A program made the position numbers and the translations under genes. The notes under the pieces were generated by a model. It saw nothing but the letters and a program-made list of their open reading frames with translations. It did no database searches and was not told the DNA's origin. DNA of 63,403 bases, filler included, from Stramenopiles sp. TOSAG23-6 (taxonomy: Eukaryota): NCBI GenBank assembly GCA_900128565.1. It is 10 parts of 10 records of this genome, joined end to end, with 100 filler letters (N's around TTAATTAATTAA, not from the genome) between each part and the next. Parts side by side here need not be neighbours in the genome. Positions count along the whole stretch, not along the records: positions 25,753 to 34,210 come from LT636449.1; positions 34,311 to 42,760 come from LT636450.1; positions 42,861 to 51,294 come from LT636451.1; 7 more parts are not named here. One strand, written 5' to 3'. Positions 32,852-44,542 of the stretch are shown here, in pieces (within the stretch, counting starts at the first letter, position 1; every line of letters starts with the position of its first letter).

Positions 32852-34210
32852 TTAAATAAACTTATAATCAGCCATTTCTGATAATAAGACGTCGTCAATT
32901 TCTACTAACAAATTATAATCCTTATTTTGTATATGTTCTCTTTCATGAACGTGACTATTAGGACTACTTACGTTATTCAAATCAAAGAAATCATTTGAAT
33001 AAACATGTATTGTGAAAAAATATTTAAAAAAAAAATCGTTAGGTACAAAATTTACTATGAAAAAAATTCGAAATTGAAAAAAAAAAAAAAAACGTACATT
33101 ACTCTCGGAATTTTGTTCAGAAGAATGATGTACAGTTTTTTTAATTACAGGAGGTTGTATCATTTGAGATGGTTGGATTTGATGCAAATGACTTGTACTA
33201 AAATTTGCTATTTGTTTCATGGATTTTGCCATAGTCGATTGATCGATTTGCATCAGAGAATTACTCCATTCTGTCATATCACTTTCTCCAATATTTGTAA
33301 ACATGCTATCAAATGAAGGCATTGCATTATTTTCCTGGTGATCTGTCGTATACGACGGAACATTTTCACTCCAATTAAAATCAAAGTTCATATCATATTG
33401 CATTGTATTTCCATTTGTCGTTCCATTTGTTGGATTCCACACTAGATTTTCATGAGTAATATTTGGTGAACAATTTTTTGCTTTTCTCCCCAAAAAATTC
33501 AATGGACTATAATTATTAGTGCGTTCAAGAGTAATATTTGGTGAGCATTTTTTTACTTTTTTCCCCAAAAAATTCAATGGAATATTGCTCTTTGCCAAAG
33601 TTAACATATCTACATTTAGACGACCCTTCGAGTTTTCTAGTTGTTTTTTTTTCTTGCAAATTGGTTTGATGTGATTTATTGTTTTTCTTGGTTTTGACGA
33701 AGTAACTCTTTTTTGCGATGTTGTACTTTTCATCTTTTTGGTTTTCAGAATATTATCTCCTTTCTTGATCTTCTTTCTAGATTTGTTGAAAAGAACATAA
33801 ATTGTGAAAAAAAAAAAAAGTTTGAAATTTGTTAGGTACAAAATTTCGTACTAAAAAAAAATAAATTTGAAATTCATAATGGAAAAACGTACTGTTTTGG
33901 CAGCCGCAGTTGCTATCAAAGCTCTCTTTTTCTCATTTGCTGTGACAACGTGTGATTTTCTACGATCGAGTGAGGGATGCTTTTCTAGTTTGAGAGTTTT
34001 TTTTAATTCTTCCTTCAACCGGGATTTTTCTTGACGTTGACGTTTGCTACGATATGTATTTTGGAAAAATATTTCAAAAAAAAAAAAAGTAAAATTTGTT
34101 AGGTACAAAATTTCGTACGAAAAAAAAAACGAATTTGAAAAAAAAAAATAAAACATACATACGCTTCGCATTTATCTGTCTGACGACAACGAGTTTCAAA
34201 TTGATTTGAT
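32852..34210 (-). CDS. Hypothetical basic protein with 3 family introns, 5' truncated
   Basis: Exons join in frame after removal of the GT-AT elements. Confidence 0.55.
33005..33097 (-). other. Family intron, GT-AT (93 nt, stop-free 3n)
   Basis: AT|GTACGT...GTACCTAAC...CACAATACAT|G. Confidence 0.75.
33797..33892 (-). other. Family intron, GT-AT (96 nt)
   Basis: CA|GTACGT...core...CACAATTTAT|G; joins AAKT-VLFNK. Confidence 0.75.
34054..34162 (-). other. Family intron, GT-AT (boundaries ambiguous by a few nt)
   Basis: GTATGTATGT...core...CCAAAATACAT. Confidence 0.65.
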
Positions 34211-34363
34211 NNNNNNNNNNNNNNNNNNNNNNNNNNNNNNNNNNNNNNNNNNNNTTAATTAATTAANNNNNNNNNNNNNNNNNNNNNNNNNNNNNNNNNN
34301 NNNNNNNNNNATCATTCATCCGTTTAATTTCTTCAGCCAAATCTGTTTTTTTTGACAATATTT

Positions 34364-34399
<36 letters not shown>

Positions 34400-34402
34400 G
34401 AA

Positions 34403-34456
<54 letters not shown>

Positions 34457-34467
34457 ATGAAAACGTA

Positions 34468-35436
34468 CAATCCATTGAATTGGAGAATGTGAATTTTCAT
34501 TCGTTAAAACTGATTCACAAGTATGGTACATTGAAGATCGATGCCATTCTTTCATTTTTGTTTGGTACTCCTTATCAACTCTATCCATATATTGTAGCAC
34601 AGATTTTATTTCATTCAAACGTACCTCAGGTGGACATATATTGTAAAAAAATGTTGACATTCAAAATTGGTTTAAAAAAAATCGTTAGGTACAAAATTTC
34701 GTATGAAAAAAAAATTTGAAATTCATAATGAAAATGTACATTTCACTGATAAATGAATGGATACGACTCCAATATATTTTGGAGGTAAGTCGTCAATATT
34801 ATCAGTAGGAATTTCAATCACACGTCCTATAGCACATCCACTATCTGGTATATTTTCTATTGTACTATCAAAAGTATCGAAATTGTGAAATGGAATTTTA
34901 CTGCAAACGGCGACGCGTAGCTCAGAATTTGATAAATTTGGTATTCCAAAAGTATCAGGTAAAAAGTGACATTTTGAACTGGGTGCTAAAGATATATATT
35001 TATAACCAGCATTTTGTATCCTGCTTAATTCTGGAGTGGTAGTATTATCCTTTGGATTTTTCATAGGAATTTCTTGAAGGAGAATAACATCTGGTTTATA
35101 ATTGTGTACTATATTCAGAACATGATCAATATTATGTGGAGTATCATCATTCACAGTTTCACTTACTTCTCTCCAAAAATGAATGTTGAAAGTCATGACA
35201 CGTAGTAAAGAAGAATCCTTTACAAATTTAATCCCGTCGTGTTTTGGTATTTTGTTATTTAAACCAATTCTTTGCGCTTTGTCAATATCTTTGAAATATG
35301 AAGAGTATATAAGTTGTTTCGATTCCTTTCCAAAGGGAAACTTCACGCCTTCGCGGAGTCTTCGTTCAAGTTCAGAGACATAGCTACTGGATACTACCAG
35401 ATTATCACACGTATCTGCGATTTCGTTCTCTATCAT
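34468..35436 (-). CDS. Endonuclease/exonuclease/phosphatase (EEP) family protein, 3' end unclear
   Basis: LRVMTFNIH, PDVILLQE and VVSIHL motifs. Confidence 0.8.
34636..34739 (-). other. Family intron, GT-AT (104 nt)
   Basis: AT|GTACAT...core...TACAATATAT|G; joins HLSVK-CPPEVRLNE. Confidence 0.8.
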
Positions 35437-35705
35437 TCTATACACCAACAAATAAAATGGTCCTCTAGTATATTTTATACTAGCTAGAAACTACTTGTAA
35501 GCTGTAGTATAGTAGGCTAGTAATACCTGCAAGGTGACTGTTGCGCTTGATACAACCTTGTTTGGACGTGGGTGGTAGCAATTCCCAATAATATGACGTC
35601 ATCGTCATCACTGACTTCTTTTCGAACCCATTCCGTGACGTCGGGTCATTAATTGCGAACAACAACAACAAAAAAAAGGAGGAAGAAATTGAAATTGAAG
35701 ACAAA

Positions 35706-36476
35706 ATGGCGAATAAAGCAGCTATGCAGGCAATCAAAGCAGAATGTGCGGAAATGATGAAGCAATGGCCTAAAGAGATAACTTGTGTAAAAAAGGGTGT
35801 CAAGGGTTCTCCTTTCCCAGTAGAAGTCACTCGAACAATTCCACAACCTAAAGCGTGTAGCATGTGGGATGTCTATAATCTCAAAGTTCGTTTAATTATT
35901 GACGGCAAGGATAAGTCAGAATTACCAGTTAGAGTTGAAATTCCAAAACAAGGTCAGGGCAATGGTATGCATATTGATGTACGAGAAGCGATAGAAGATG
36001 AATTAGAGGAAAAGTGGAAAAAAGCCCTAGAAATTCTGACTACTAATTCTAGTTCTGGATGGGCAATGTCTCGTATATTTCAATATGCTGAAGAGTCTTA
36101 TGACTCTTTACTTCGTCTTATACCCGAGTTAGTAGAAGTAGAGATGGGATATGATCCAAATACTATGCGTGAATGTAGACGATGGAACATCAAAAGTGAT
36201 GAAATCCAAGAAGAAGAAATCGAATTGACAGAAGAACAAATTATGAAAAATGAACTACGACGTATTAGAAGAGAACGCAAGGCAGCTGAAGCAGAAGAGG
36301 CTAAAATGAAAGAAGACGATGAAAAACGGAGATTAGCTGAAAGTGGATTAGTAACAAAGGTACAAGTTGTGCATCAAAAAAAACAAACTCGGAAAGAACG
36401 CTCAGGTGTGAGAACTGCTAAAACGGGTTCACGTTGCACGAAATACGACCCTACTGCAGAAAAAAACAAAAAATAA
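35706..36476 (+). CDS. Hypothetical protein with charged C-terminal tail
   Basis: 256-aa ORF with natural composition. Confidence 0.6.
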   Translation: MANKAAMQAIKAECAEMMKQWPKEITCVKKGVKGSPFPVEVTRTIPQPKACSMWDVYNLKVRLIIDGKDKSELPVRVEIPKQGQGNGMHIDVREAIEDELEEKWKKALEILTTNSSSGWAMSRIFQYAEESYDSLLRLIPELVEVEMGYDPNTMRECRRWNIKSDEIQEEEIELTEEQIMKNELRRIRRERKAAEAEEAKMKEDDEKRRLAESGLVTKVQVVHQKKQTRKERSGVRTAKTGSRCTKYDPTAEKNKK

Positions 36477-36677
36477 AAATGTATGTAATATTTTTTCGAA
36501 ATTGTCTATAGTATTAATATGCATATGATATATGAGTGTTAATTGTTGTATTGATTGTGATTTTTAATTTTTGATGGACGTACCATTTTTTCGTGCTATA
36601 GTAATTTTAGTGCTCTAATGATGGAAAAACTCCCGGATGAATTGTTATAATAGTTATAAATATGTTTTATTTTTAGT

Positions 36678-39600
36678 TCATTTTACACGAAAGGTAGGAA
36701 CAGTACTTGCTCTACTAACTTTACTAATTTTTACACTCATATGCGGCTTCTTTTGATTTGGTTTTGCTGCTTTTGTTTCTTGTTGCTCATCTTCTGTAAC
36801 AAGCGTATTCACATCCGTGCCTTTCTTGTCAGTTGTAACAAGAGTATTCACATCCGTGCCTTTCTTGTCAGTTGTAACAAGAGTATTCACATCCGTGTCT
36901 TTCTTGTCAGTATACGATTGAAGATTATTTCTATTTGCTTTGTTTGTTTCTAAACTAATTGAAGATTTTTCTCGCATTAACATTTTCAACGTATCATGAT
37001 GACCACTGGGTAATCCATCACCCAATACATCGTGAGGTATAAATTGTGCCTGTTTTCGGCTACTTCGAAAGAAATTCGAGTAATCCAAATGTTCACTGTC
37101 TTTAGATAAATTGTGAATATCATGTATTTTGGGATCAAAGTCGGAACTTATTAAATGTTGAGGTTTTTCTTCTAAAATATCTATTCCAAACATTAATGAA
37201 TCCGAAAGTGATTTATGGCGTTTTCTTACCGACTCTAGCCATCCTGGAACATCTTCAATAGAGTATGAAACCAAACATTGTATGAGATGTACAACAAATA
37301 CAAATGCTATAAAAGCAATAAATCTTTGTTCATTTGTTGTAAATATGGGAGTTGTAAAAGCAAAGAGAGTCCCGTTTGTTATTATTGCTGTTTTTGTTAC
37401 GATAACCATATAATTATAAAATGCGCCAATATCTTGTGCTCCCTCCGGTATTGGGCGAGCAATTAAATAACATAGCTTGTTTGAATCAATGTACTGTTCT
37501 ACTACAGTAGAAAGTCGCGCAAGTAATGGTGTTAACGGAAATGCAGCGACAAATAAAGTAACATATCCATATTGTATAACTACTTCACTGTAATCTTCAC
37601 CTAAGTCGTATGGGTCTAGTGCTGACTCTTCTTCAACGATTGATAATTCTACTGGCTTTGAAGATGTTATACTTTTAACTTTAAGAGTTTCATTGTGCAT
37701 GTTTTCAACGGTTTTAGTCTCCTTTAAAGTATTGTTTTCCTGATCATTTACGTCACGTGTTGCGCCATCTATTGGAACGCTTGACGATTTTTCTTCGCGC
37801 AATGCTAAATATCTATCAATCCATGGGAGTAATAACTCTATTGTATTTAAAATTGTAATAGAAGAAAGAAAAATGATGCCTAACTGAAACATTACTTCTT
37901 GTTCACAATCACCTTCATATTCCTCAAATTCTGAACTAAAATGCCTACCAGATGGCCAATTATTCTTATTTTTATCATATGAGTCACCTGGATAAATATT
38001 TTTCATCTCTGACTTTAGCAAAGGACATTCAGACTCATCCCAGGATAGTCCCCACTGAATACTCTTACACGCACCATAACATCCTGTGTCGAAACGCTTA
38101 AAAATGGCAAGATAAAAGAATGAATTAAAATTGTTAATACATCTGAATAACATCAGCTTATCAGCTAAATGGTTATTGTATGCAGTATTTGTTTGCCAGT
38201 TTTCCATTTCTGTAAGTTTTGTAGCAAGCCATGTATAAATGACATTGAAGATCTGAATTTGTATGAAATTTAAGACACCAGCAATGGCAGCACCTGTCAT
38301 TCGAAATTTCTCTAGTGACATGAGATAGGTACGGAAAATCATGATTGTTGCTACGGTAGCCACTACACATCCAAGCATTGTCATCACTAAACATGCACTC
38401 ATAACTAATGTACGTCTTCGACGACGAGAAGAATAATGTAATGTATGTTTACCTTGCCACTGCCCTTCTCGTATTGTACCCAAAGAAGAGGACTCAACTA
38501 AATCACCCCAAAATTGAGGGCGGTCGACTTCCCTGCTCTGAAAGTCAGCCGTACCCCATCGAGTGGCTAAACTTTGTTGTTTTTGTTTCCAAAATGCTAA
38601 CATTAACGGTGACCAAATTGCAATAAAAACAGAAAAAACACACGTAGGAATTCCTCTGTAATTTCCAGGATCAAAAGCAAACCTTTCGAGCATTTGCCAG
38701 ATAAATATACAGGTTCCTACTAAAGAGGGTATCCAGAGAGAATTTGTATAATACATTAGAAATGCAAAGTAAAAAGCAATTTGTTCACCAAAGTAATTTC
38801 TAATTTTTCCAAGAGGAACTCTAGATGATTTTGCTGCATTCCAACTACACCAGGAGTTTGCTAACACTTGTAAGACGTCGTGTATTGTGAAAAATATGTT
38901 TTAAGTTTGAAATTCGTTAGGTACGAAAAACCTATAGCATTTGGATTTTATACGAAAAACACATACGTTTGAACTTAATAATGAATACGTACTTGTTCAT
39001 GTAAAGCAAAACAGTTTTTCATAATACCAATTTCTAAAAGTTTATCAATATTTAATGTCTTTCTCATGTGATGATTCATCAGTTTTAATCTATCCACAGT
39101 GCGAAATAATGATGTATTTTGGAAAAATATTTCAAAAAAAAATCGTTAGGTAAAAATTTCGTACGAAAAATAAATTCGAAAATGAAAAAAAAATAAAATG
39201 TACATGTAGCTCCCTCACCAGTAGAATATCGTTGATATAAAGAAAATATTTCAGGGCGTTGATCATAACTGACATATGCATGACAACCTTTATGTGCATC
39301 ATTATCCACATCAATAGATTTGTCAAATTGCAATTTATAACCCTCAGCCGTTGCCGCAGCAAGTAAATCCTGTTCATCTGAGCGCACAATAATAAATATT
39401 TGTTTCCTGTTACAACCCCAATGAATAAGCGTATCCAATCCACAAAACTCATTAATTAATTTCGAAATGAATAAAGCACGAAGAATATGAAAATCTCGAT
39501 TATCAGCGACATAATCTTCACTCCCTCTCATTTCAATCCAAAACAGTCTAAAATATTCTTTTTCAAGAATGATTGACAGTGGTTTTATACTTGAATGTGG

Positions 39601-40440
39601 TAGCATATTACTGTATAACCGCCTCCATGTAAATCTATGTTTATGATGGAGATGGACATTTATCGGTATATGCATGGAGTTACGACGGCGTGGGCGCTTT
39701 GGTTTTTTATCTTTGCGATGAAGTCTATTTTGTTTTTCTTGTTTTGACCACAGTTTTAGTTGTCTCTGCCTTTCTTTTTCATCCAATTTTGATTGTGGAA
39801 TTTTAAATACAAAACAAAAATCCCATCGATGTTTAAAATCATGAGCTGCCTCGATGACATCTTTTGTATGCTTCATTGACATTTTACGCAACTTTTTTAT
39901 TTTCTCTATCTGCTGCCGTTGTAAATGACCCCGGGCTACACATTGAATTTTTGTTGCCGATTGTGCTTCTTTTTTATGAATCGGACTTGGAGTTTTAATA
40001 GATTTAATACGGCGCATGACTCCTTCAACAACTACATTTGTAATAATTCTTGCCATTTCCGTAGTATATGCTCCTGACTCCTTTGCCGTATCAAAAGTTG
40101 AAGAATATATAACATCTCTTGAAGAACCTGAAGCAGCGACTTGAACAGCAGTATTCATAGCAGCGCGTTCAACAACATGATTCAGTTTGATTGCCCAAGC
40201 GACAGCTTTGAGTGATAATTGCATTGCTAAAGATTGTGAGCAACCTGCATTCAACGCAGATCGCCTTGACTTTTGCTGAATTTCAAATCGAGATAAACCT
40301 TTAGCAACAGCTACGGCAGCTGTCTCCTTTGCTGCTTTCATAGCACTGGATTCCTCAACACCATTTTTAGCAGTGTCCAACTTTGTTTCTTTCATAACAC
40401 TGGATGTCTCAACAGTATTTTTTTGTATTGGATCCATCAT
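36678..40440 (-). CDS. Anoctamin/TMEM16 family protein (3 exons)
   Basis: IRNYFGEQIAFYFAFL, DYSEVVIQYGYVTLF and FPLTPLLA; splices restore SLFRTVDRLKL and CFALHEQ-DVLQVL. Confidence 0.9.
38880..38992 (-). other. Family intron, GT-AC variant (113 nt)
   Basis: AA|GTACGT...GTACCTAAC...CACAATACAC|G. Confidence 0.7.
39112..39203 (-). other. Family intron, GT-AT (92 nt)
   Basis: AT|GTACAT...TACCTAAC...CCAAAATACAT|CA. Confidence 0.85.
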
Positions 40441-40703
40441 ACATTACTATATCAATATGCACTGAAGGAAACATCAATTTTATAAATTCTTTGAAACGCA
40501 AGAACCTAACTTGATTAAGATTGAGATATATAGCTGCTGTGTGTATATCTGCACGTACAGAGTATTGTATACAGCCGTTACTTAGGCTGTAATCAATCGT
40601 CCGTTACTTTTGAGAAATTTCTTTTTCTCCCCTTCAAAGCAGTTTCGTTCCATTTTTTTGAGGAGGAGGAGCAGAACGTTCACCTCCTCCGTCCATAGTC
40701 ATC

Positions 40704-41966
40704 ATGACAAGAATGAATAATATGTTTTCAAAATCATTTTTACATCTCAAGGATGACAAGATGAAGCACCGTCGTTCTGTAAACTACAGTAAGCAACATG
40801 TGGCTCTTTTACTGTGTGTTTTGCAATTTATCAATATTATAATTTGGTATACGTGTATACGTAAAGGAGTTCACAATGTGAAAAAGGGTTTACGTTATTC
40901 TTCGCCTATGACACTACCGGTCAAGGAATATACACCCAAAGATGAATATTTTATGCAGCATGATACACGTATACGAGATTATCGATTAGTGGAACACTCT
41001 GGATTAGGCCATTTTGCAGTTCATGGTGATTCAAATGAATGTCATTCAGGTAAATGGAAGTTTTGTTATATTAAGGGAAACACACGACTCGTCAAAGCTG
41101 AACTTTCAACTATTGGTTTTATTAATGACGCCGCAATATCACCAAATGTATCGGAAAGTATTGGTGACTATGAAATAATATGGACCCTCGCTGACATTGC
41201 AGATTCAAACAACTATTTCCATTATCTTAATTTGAAATCTTATGTACTTTTTTCCACCCACAAACTTTTAGTTTTTTTTTTTTTTTTGGTAAAAAAATTT
41301 CATACCTAACAAATTTCAAATTTCTGAAATATGTTTTCTTTGGCATCAAAAGATTAATCATTTTCCAGGAATGTATGAAATAGGTAATAAATTTCATTTA
41401 AACAAAAACCTAAGAGAAGCACAAGGAAAATATGGGACTTTAATTTATAATTTTTTTCCTATTTCATATCAAATGCCAACTGATTATGAACAGTTAAAAG
41501 CTGTTTTCTTGGAATCTGAAAAAAAACAAATGTGGATTACGAAAAATGGTTCAAAAGATAGAGGGGAAGGGATACAAATGATTCAGAATATCTCAGAAGT
41601 AGACAAAACTTCAAGTACTACAGTAGTACAAAAATACATTCAATACCCTTATTTATTATATTCATACAAATTCACACTACGATGTTACATCCTTCTCACA
41701 TCGATAAATCCTCTACGATTGCATCTTTCTCGAATTGGATTTGCTCATCTTGCCACAGAAAAATACAATTCTGATCCTACATTTTACAATCATAAATATA
41801 TGCATCTAACAAACCCAGATATAAATGGTGACCGGGAGCCGTATAAATCAAATCCAAGGCCTTGGTATTGGAGTCTTCAAGAAGTCTTGCACTATATGAA
41901 AAAACATAGTTCACTTGAACCTCAAGATGTTTTTGATTCAATATCCAAAGTGGCACTAAAAACTAT
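40704..41966 (+). CDS. Tubulin-tyrosine ligase-like (TTLL) protein, C-terminus unresolved
   Basis: YQKINHFPGM (after splice), WITK...RGEGI, VVQKYI.YP, KFTLRCYILL and HLTN motifs. Confidence 0.85.
41244..41346 (+). other. Family intron, GT-AT (103 nt)
   Basis: AT|GTACTT...CATACCTAAC...TTTGGCAT|CAA; restores the TTLL motif Y-QKINHFPG. Confidence 0.85.
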
Positions 41967-42072
41967 GTACGTTTTATTTTTTTCAATTTTTAGTCTAATT
42001 TTTTTTTCGTACGAAATTTTGTACCTAACAATTTTTTTTAGATTTTTTTTTAAATATTTTTCCAAAATACAT
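41967..42072 (+). other. Family intron (3' end 42070 or 42072)
   Basis: AT|GTACGT...core...CCAAAATACAT. Confidence 0.65.
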
Positions 42073-42709
42073 TAAGTATACTCAATGCTCGTGTGTCTGC
42101 TGCTCCAGTGAAGCCGACTTCTGTTTTATCGTCACTTGTTGAAGAATTCGAAAAAGCTGTAGAAAAAGCTGCTCATTTTGATGTATATCAAAAAGGTAAT
42201 TTACGATTGATCAAATCACGAAAACGAGATATTTCAGAAATGGACTGTCTGTCAAATTTGATATCAAAAATAGTTACAGATATCGTAAATTGTCGAAAAC
42301 AAAAGACAAAATTTAGTTATATTTCGTTGTCAGAAAAATGCAATGTTGTTTTAGCTCAAATAAAGAGGAGCAATGTCATTTCACGATTTTCCGGAATCAG
42401 CGATATAATAAGGCAAATAAGTCGGTTAGCTTTCAAGTATAAAAGATTATTAGAAATGAGTTTCCTTGCTGCTTCATTTTTAGGTGAATCGGGAGAAATG
42501 TATATAGATGATAGTTTGACGGTACATGTACGTTTTCACAAAAACAAAAAAAATCAAATTTAATTCTTTTCATACGAAATTTTGTACCTAACGATTTTTT
42601 TTTAAATATTTTCATAATACATGATGGGGGTTTGAATAATAATGTTTTAATGAAATCCACGCCTCAAAGTCAAAGTCGAATGTCTAGTCCTGGCTACGAT
42701 AAAAGGAAT
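42073..42709 (+). CDS. Hypothetical exons (continuation of TTLL or a different gene)
   Basis: Open frame LSILNARVSAAP...LTVH-DGGLNN; next family intron starts at 42710 and runs into the gap. Confidence 0.45.
42528..42622 (+). other. Family intron, GT-AT (95 nt)
   Basis: AT|GTACGT...core...CATAATACAT|G. Confidence 0.75.
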
Positions 42710-42860
42710 GTATGTTTTATTTTTTTTCAAATTCCAATTTTTTTTCGTACGAAATTTTGTNNNNNNNNNNNNNNNNNNNNNNNNNNNNNNNNNNNNNNNN
42801 NNNNTTAATTAATTAANNNNNNNNNNNNNNNNNNNNNNNNNNNNNNNNNNNNNNNNNNNN

Positions 42861-43314
42861 GTAACTCATTTTTATGTTGTTCTACTTGTCGTGGTTGGGT
42901 TGGCCAGGCACGATAATCATCGTTTGCTGTTGTGAAGTCACGAGTATCCTTCACTTTCTGATAGGGAATTCGATCAGCAGCATGAATTCTTGGAGGCAAT
43001 GGCAAATGCTTAAAATCATGATCATATGTACTTTGAAAATGGTCTTTCACATTCACCTTTTCACCGTTTGCGTCAACTACAACGATAGAGTCGCCATGGT
43101 GCAATCCTGGGAATGTCGAAGTATCACATTGGATGTTTCCGTTTATGAATAATTGTATTGGTCCTTTCATACCAAATGAGTTCATACACATATGCTCAAG
43201 TTCACTGAAGGATTGCGGAAGAGGAATGGATAAACGCTGAGAATGATCTCCGCGGTGAAGGTCCATTGTGCTATCTCTCCGTTCTAGTTTTGGTGTTTGA
43301 ATTTCGTCTCTCAT
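42861..43314 (-). CDS. Possible SAXO/STOP-like microtubule-binding protein, truncated
   Basis: FQSTYDHDFK and FTTANDDYRAWP resemble Mn-type repeats. Confidence 0.4.
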
Positions 43315-43887
43315 TTTTATAGATATTATTGTTTCGTTTTCAACTTTTCAAGCTTCTACTTGTCCAATTTTTAAGATTCAAACTTTGAGACGATCGTATT
43401 GGTCAGAGAGATCAGATTTGTATAATAAAGGAGGAGTCGGGTTCTCTGAATGATAATAGAAACAGGATCGCAAAATAGTAATAAAGATAGATGTGTAAAA
43501 AAGAGAAAAAAATAAATAAAAATAACGGACGAAAAAAATACGGTACCCGGGCCCCCGCAAAGTATGATTATGCGAATAATGAATAATTTCGATTGAGAAT
43601 CTTCATAATTCGATACTATAACTTGATTTTATCTATATCTATATAATTCTTTATCAATAAATAGTAAACACCAAAAGCTGTCAGTAATGGTACCCGACAG
43701 TAACGAAACTATATTTTCTTTCTACGTAAAAATATCCTTTACAGTGAAAAGACTACCCTGGATTTTGTTGGATTTTGTTGAATTTTGTTGAACTAGTATT
43801 TTTGACTCAAAAATATATTATATTACTACTAAGTCACCACATATTCATACTTGTTTGTGGTTCAAAATGCTTTCAGAGTTACTCTAT

Positions 43888-44223
43888 TTATTTCTTGCAA
43901 AGCATTCTAAGAATACGTTTTCGCTGAGCCCCCTGAACGTAAACAGTTTGACCTTGGTCGCGAAGTTTTTTTCGGTTATTTGGTTGTGCTAAATGGCGTC
44001 TTCCAGCTTGACTCATTTTAACATTGACTGCTTTACTATTACCACCTAAACGAAATCGTTTCTTTGTCCCACTATGAGTCTTGAGTTTTGCACAAAGGCT
44101 TGTGCTTCGAAAGCCCCTCACAGAAGACGTGAGAGGGATAGTTACACGAGATGCAACCACAAATGATTTTGTTGTAAAATTTGAAGCAAGGTGAACACTG
44201 AGATGTGCTAATGATGAAATCAT
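43888..44223 (-). CDS. MRPL35: Mitochondrial ribosomal protein bL35
   Basis: KLKTHSGTKKRFR...QAGRRH with a transit-peptide-like N-terminus. Confidence 0.85.
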   Translation of the reverse strand: MISSLAHLSVHLASNFTTKSFVVASRVTIPLTSSVRGFRSTSLCAKLKTHSGTKKRFRLGGNSKAVNVKMSQAGRRHLAQPNNRKKLRDQGQTVYVQGAQRKRILRMLCKK

Positions 44224-44542
44224 ACTTATATCGGCTACTATTTATTGATTATTGTTGCAACTATATTATGTGTAGTGACAACAATTCCAGGTAGTTTTCG
44301 TTGGACTTTCTAGCTAGTGTTGTTGTAGCACACACGCTTTGACACAGTGTTTTCACACAGAAACTGAACTAAAAAAAAGCCACGTGTCGCTCGTGGAAGA
44401 TACCCGGTACTGCGAGTCAAAGATTCGAAACCGCACAGTATCTTTGTGCAAGCGCAAGTTGCAACAACAACAACAAATACACGCGTTCATATATAGACTA
44501 TATATATATAGCTTCTTCCTTTATAATAAAAGCACACACAAA

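Noticed and set aside
34311-34467. Family-like donor followed by long T/A homopolymers
   Set aside because: The sequence looks low quality near the contig end; the core and acceptor cannot be read.
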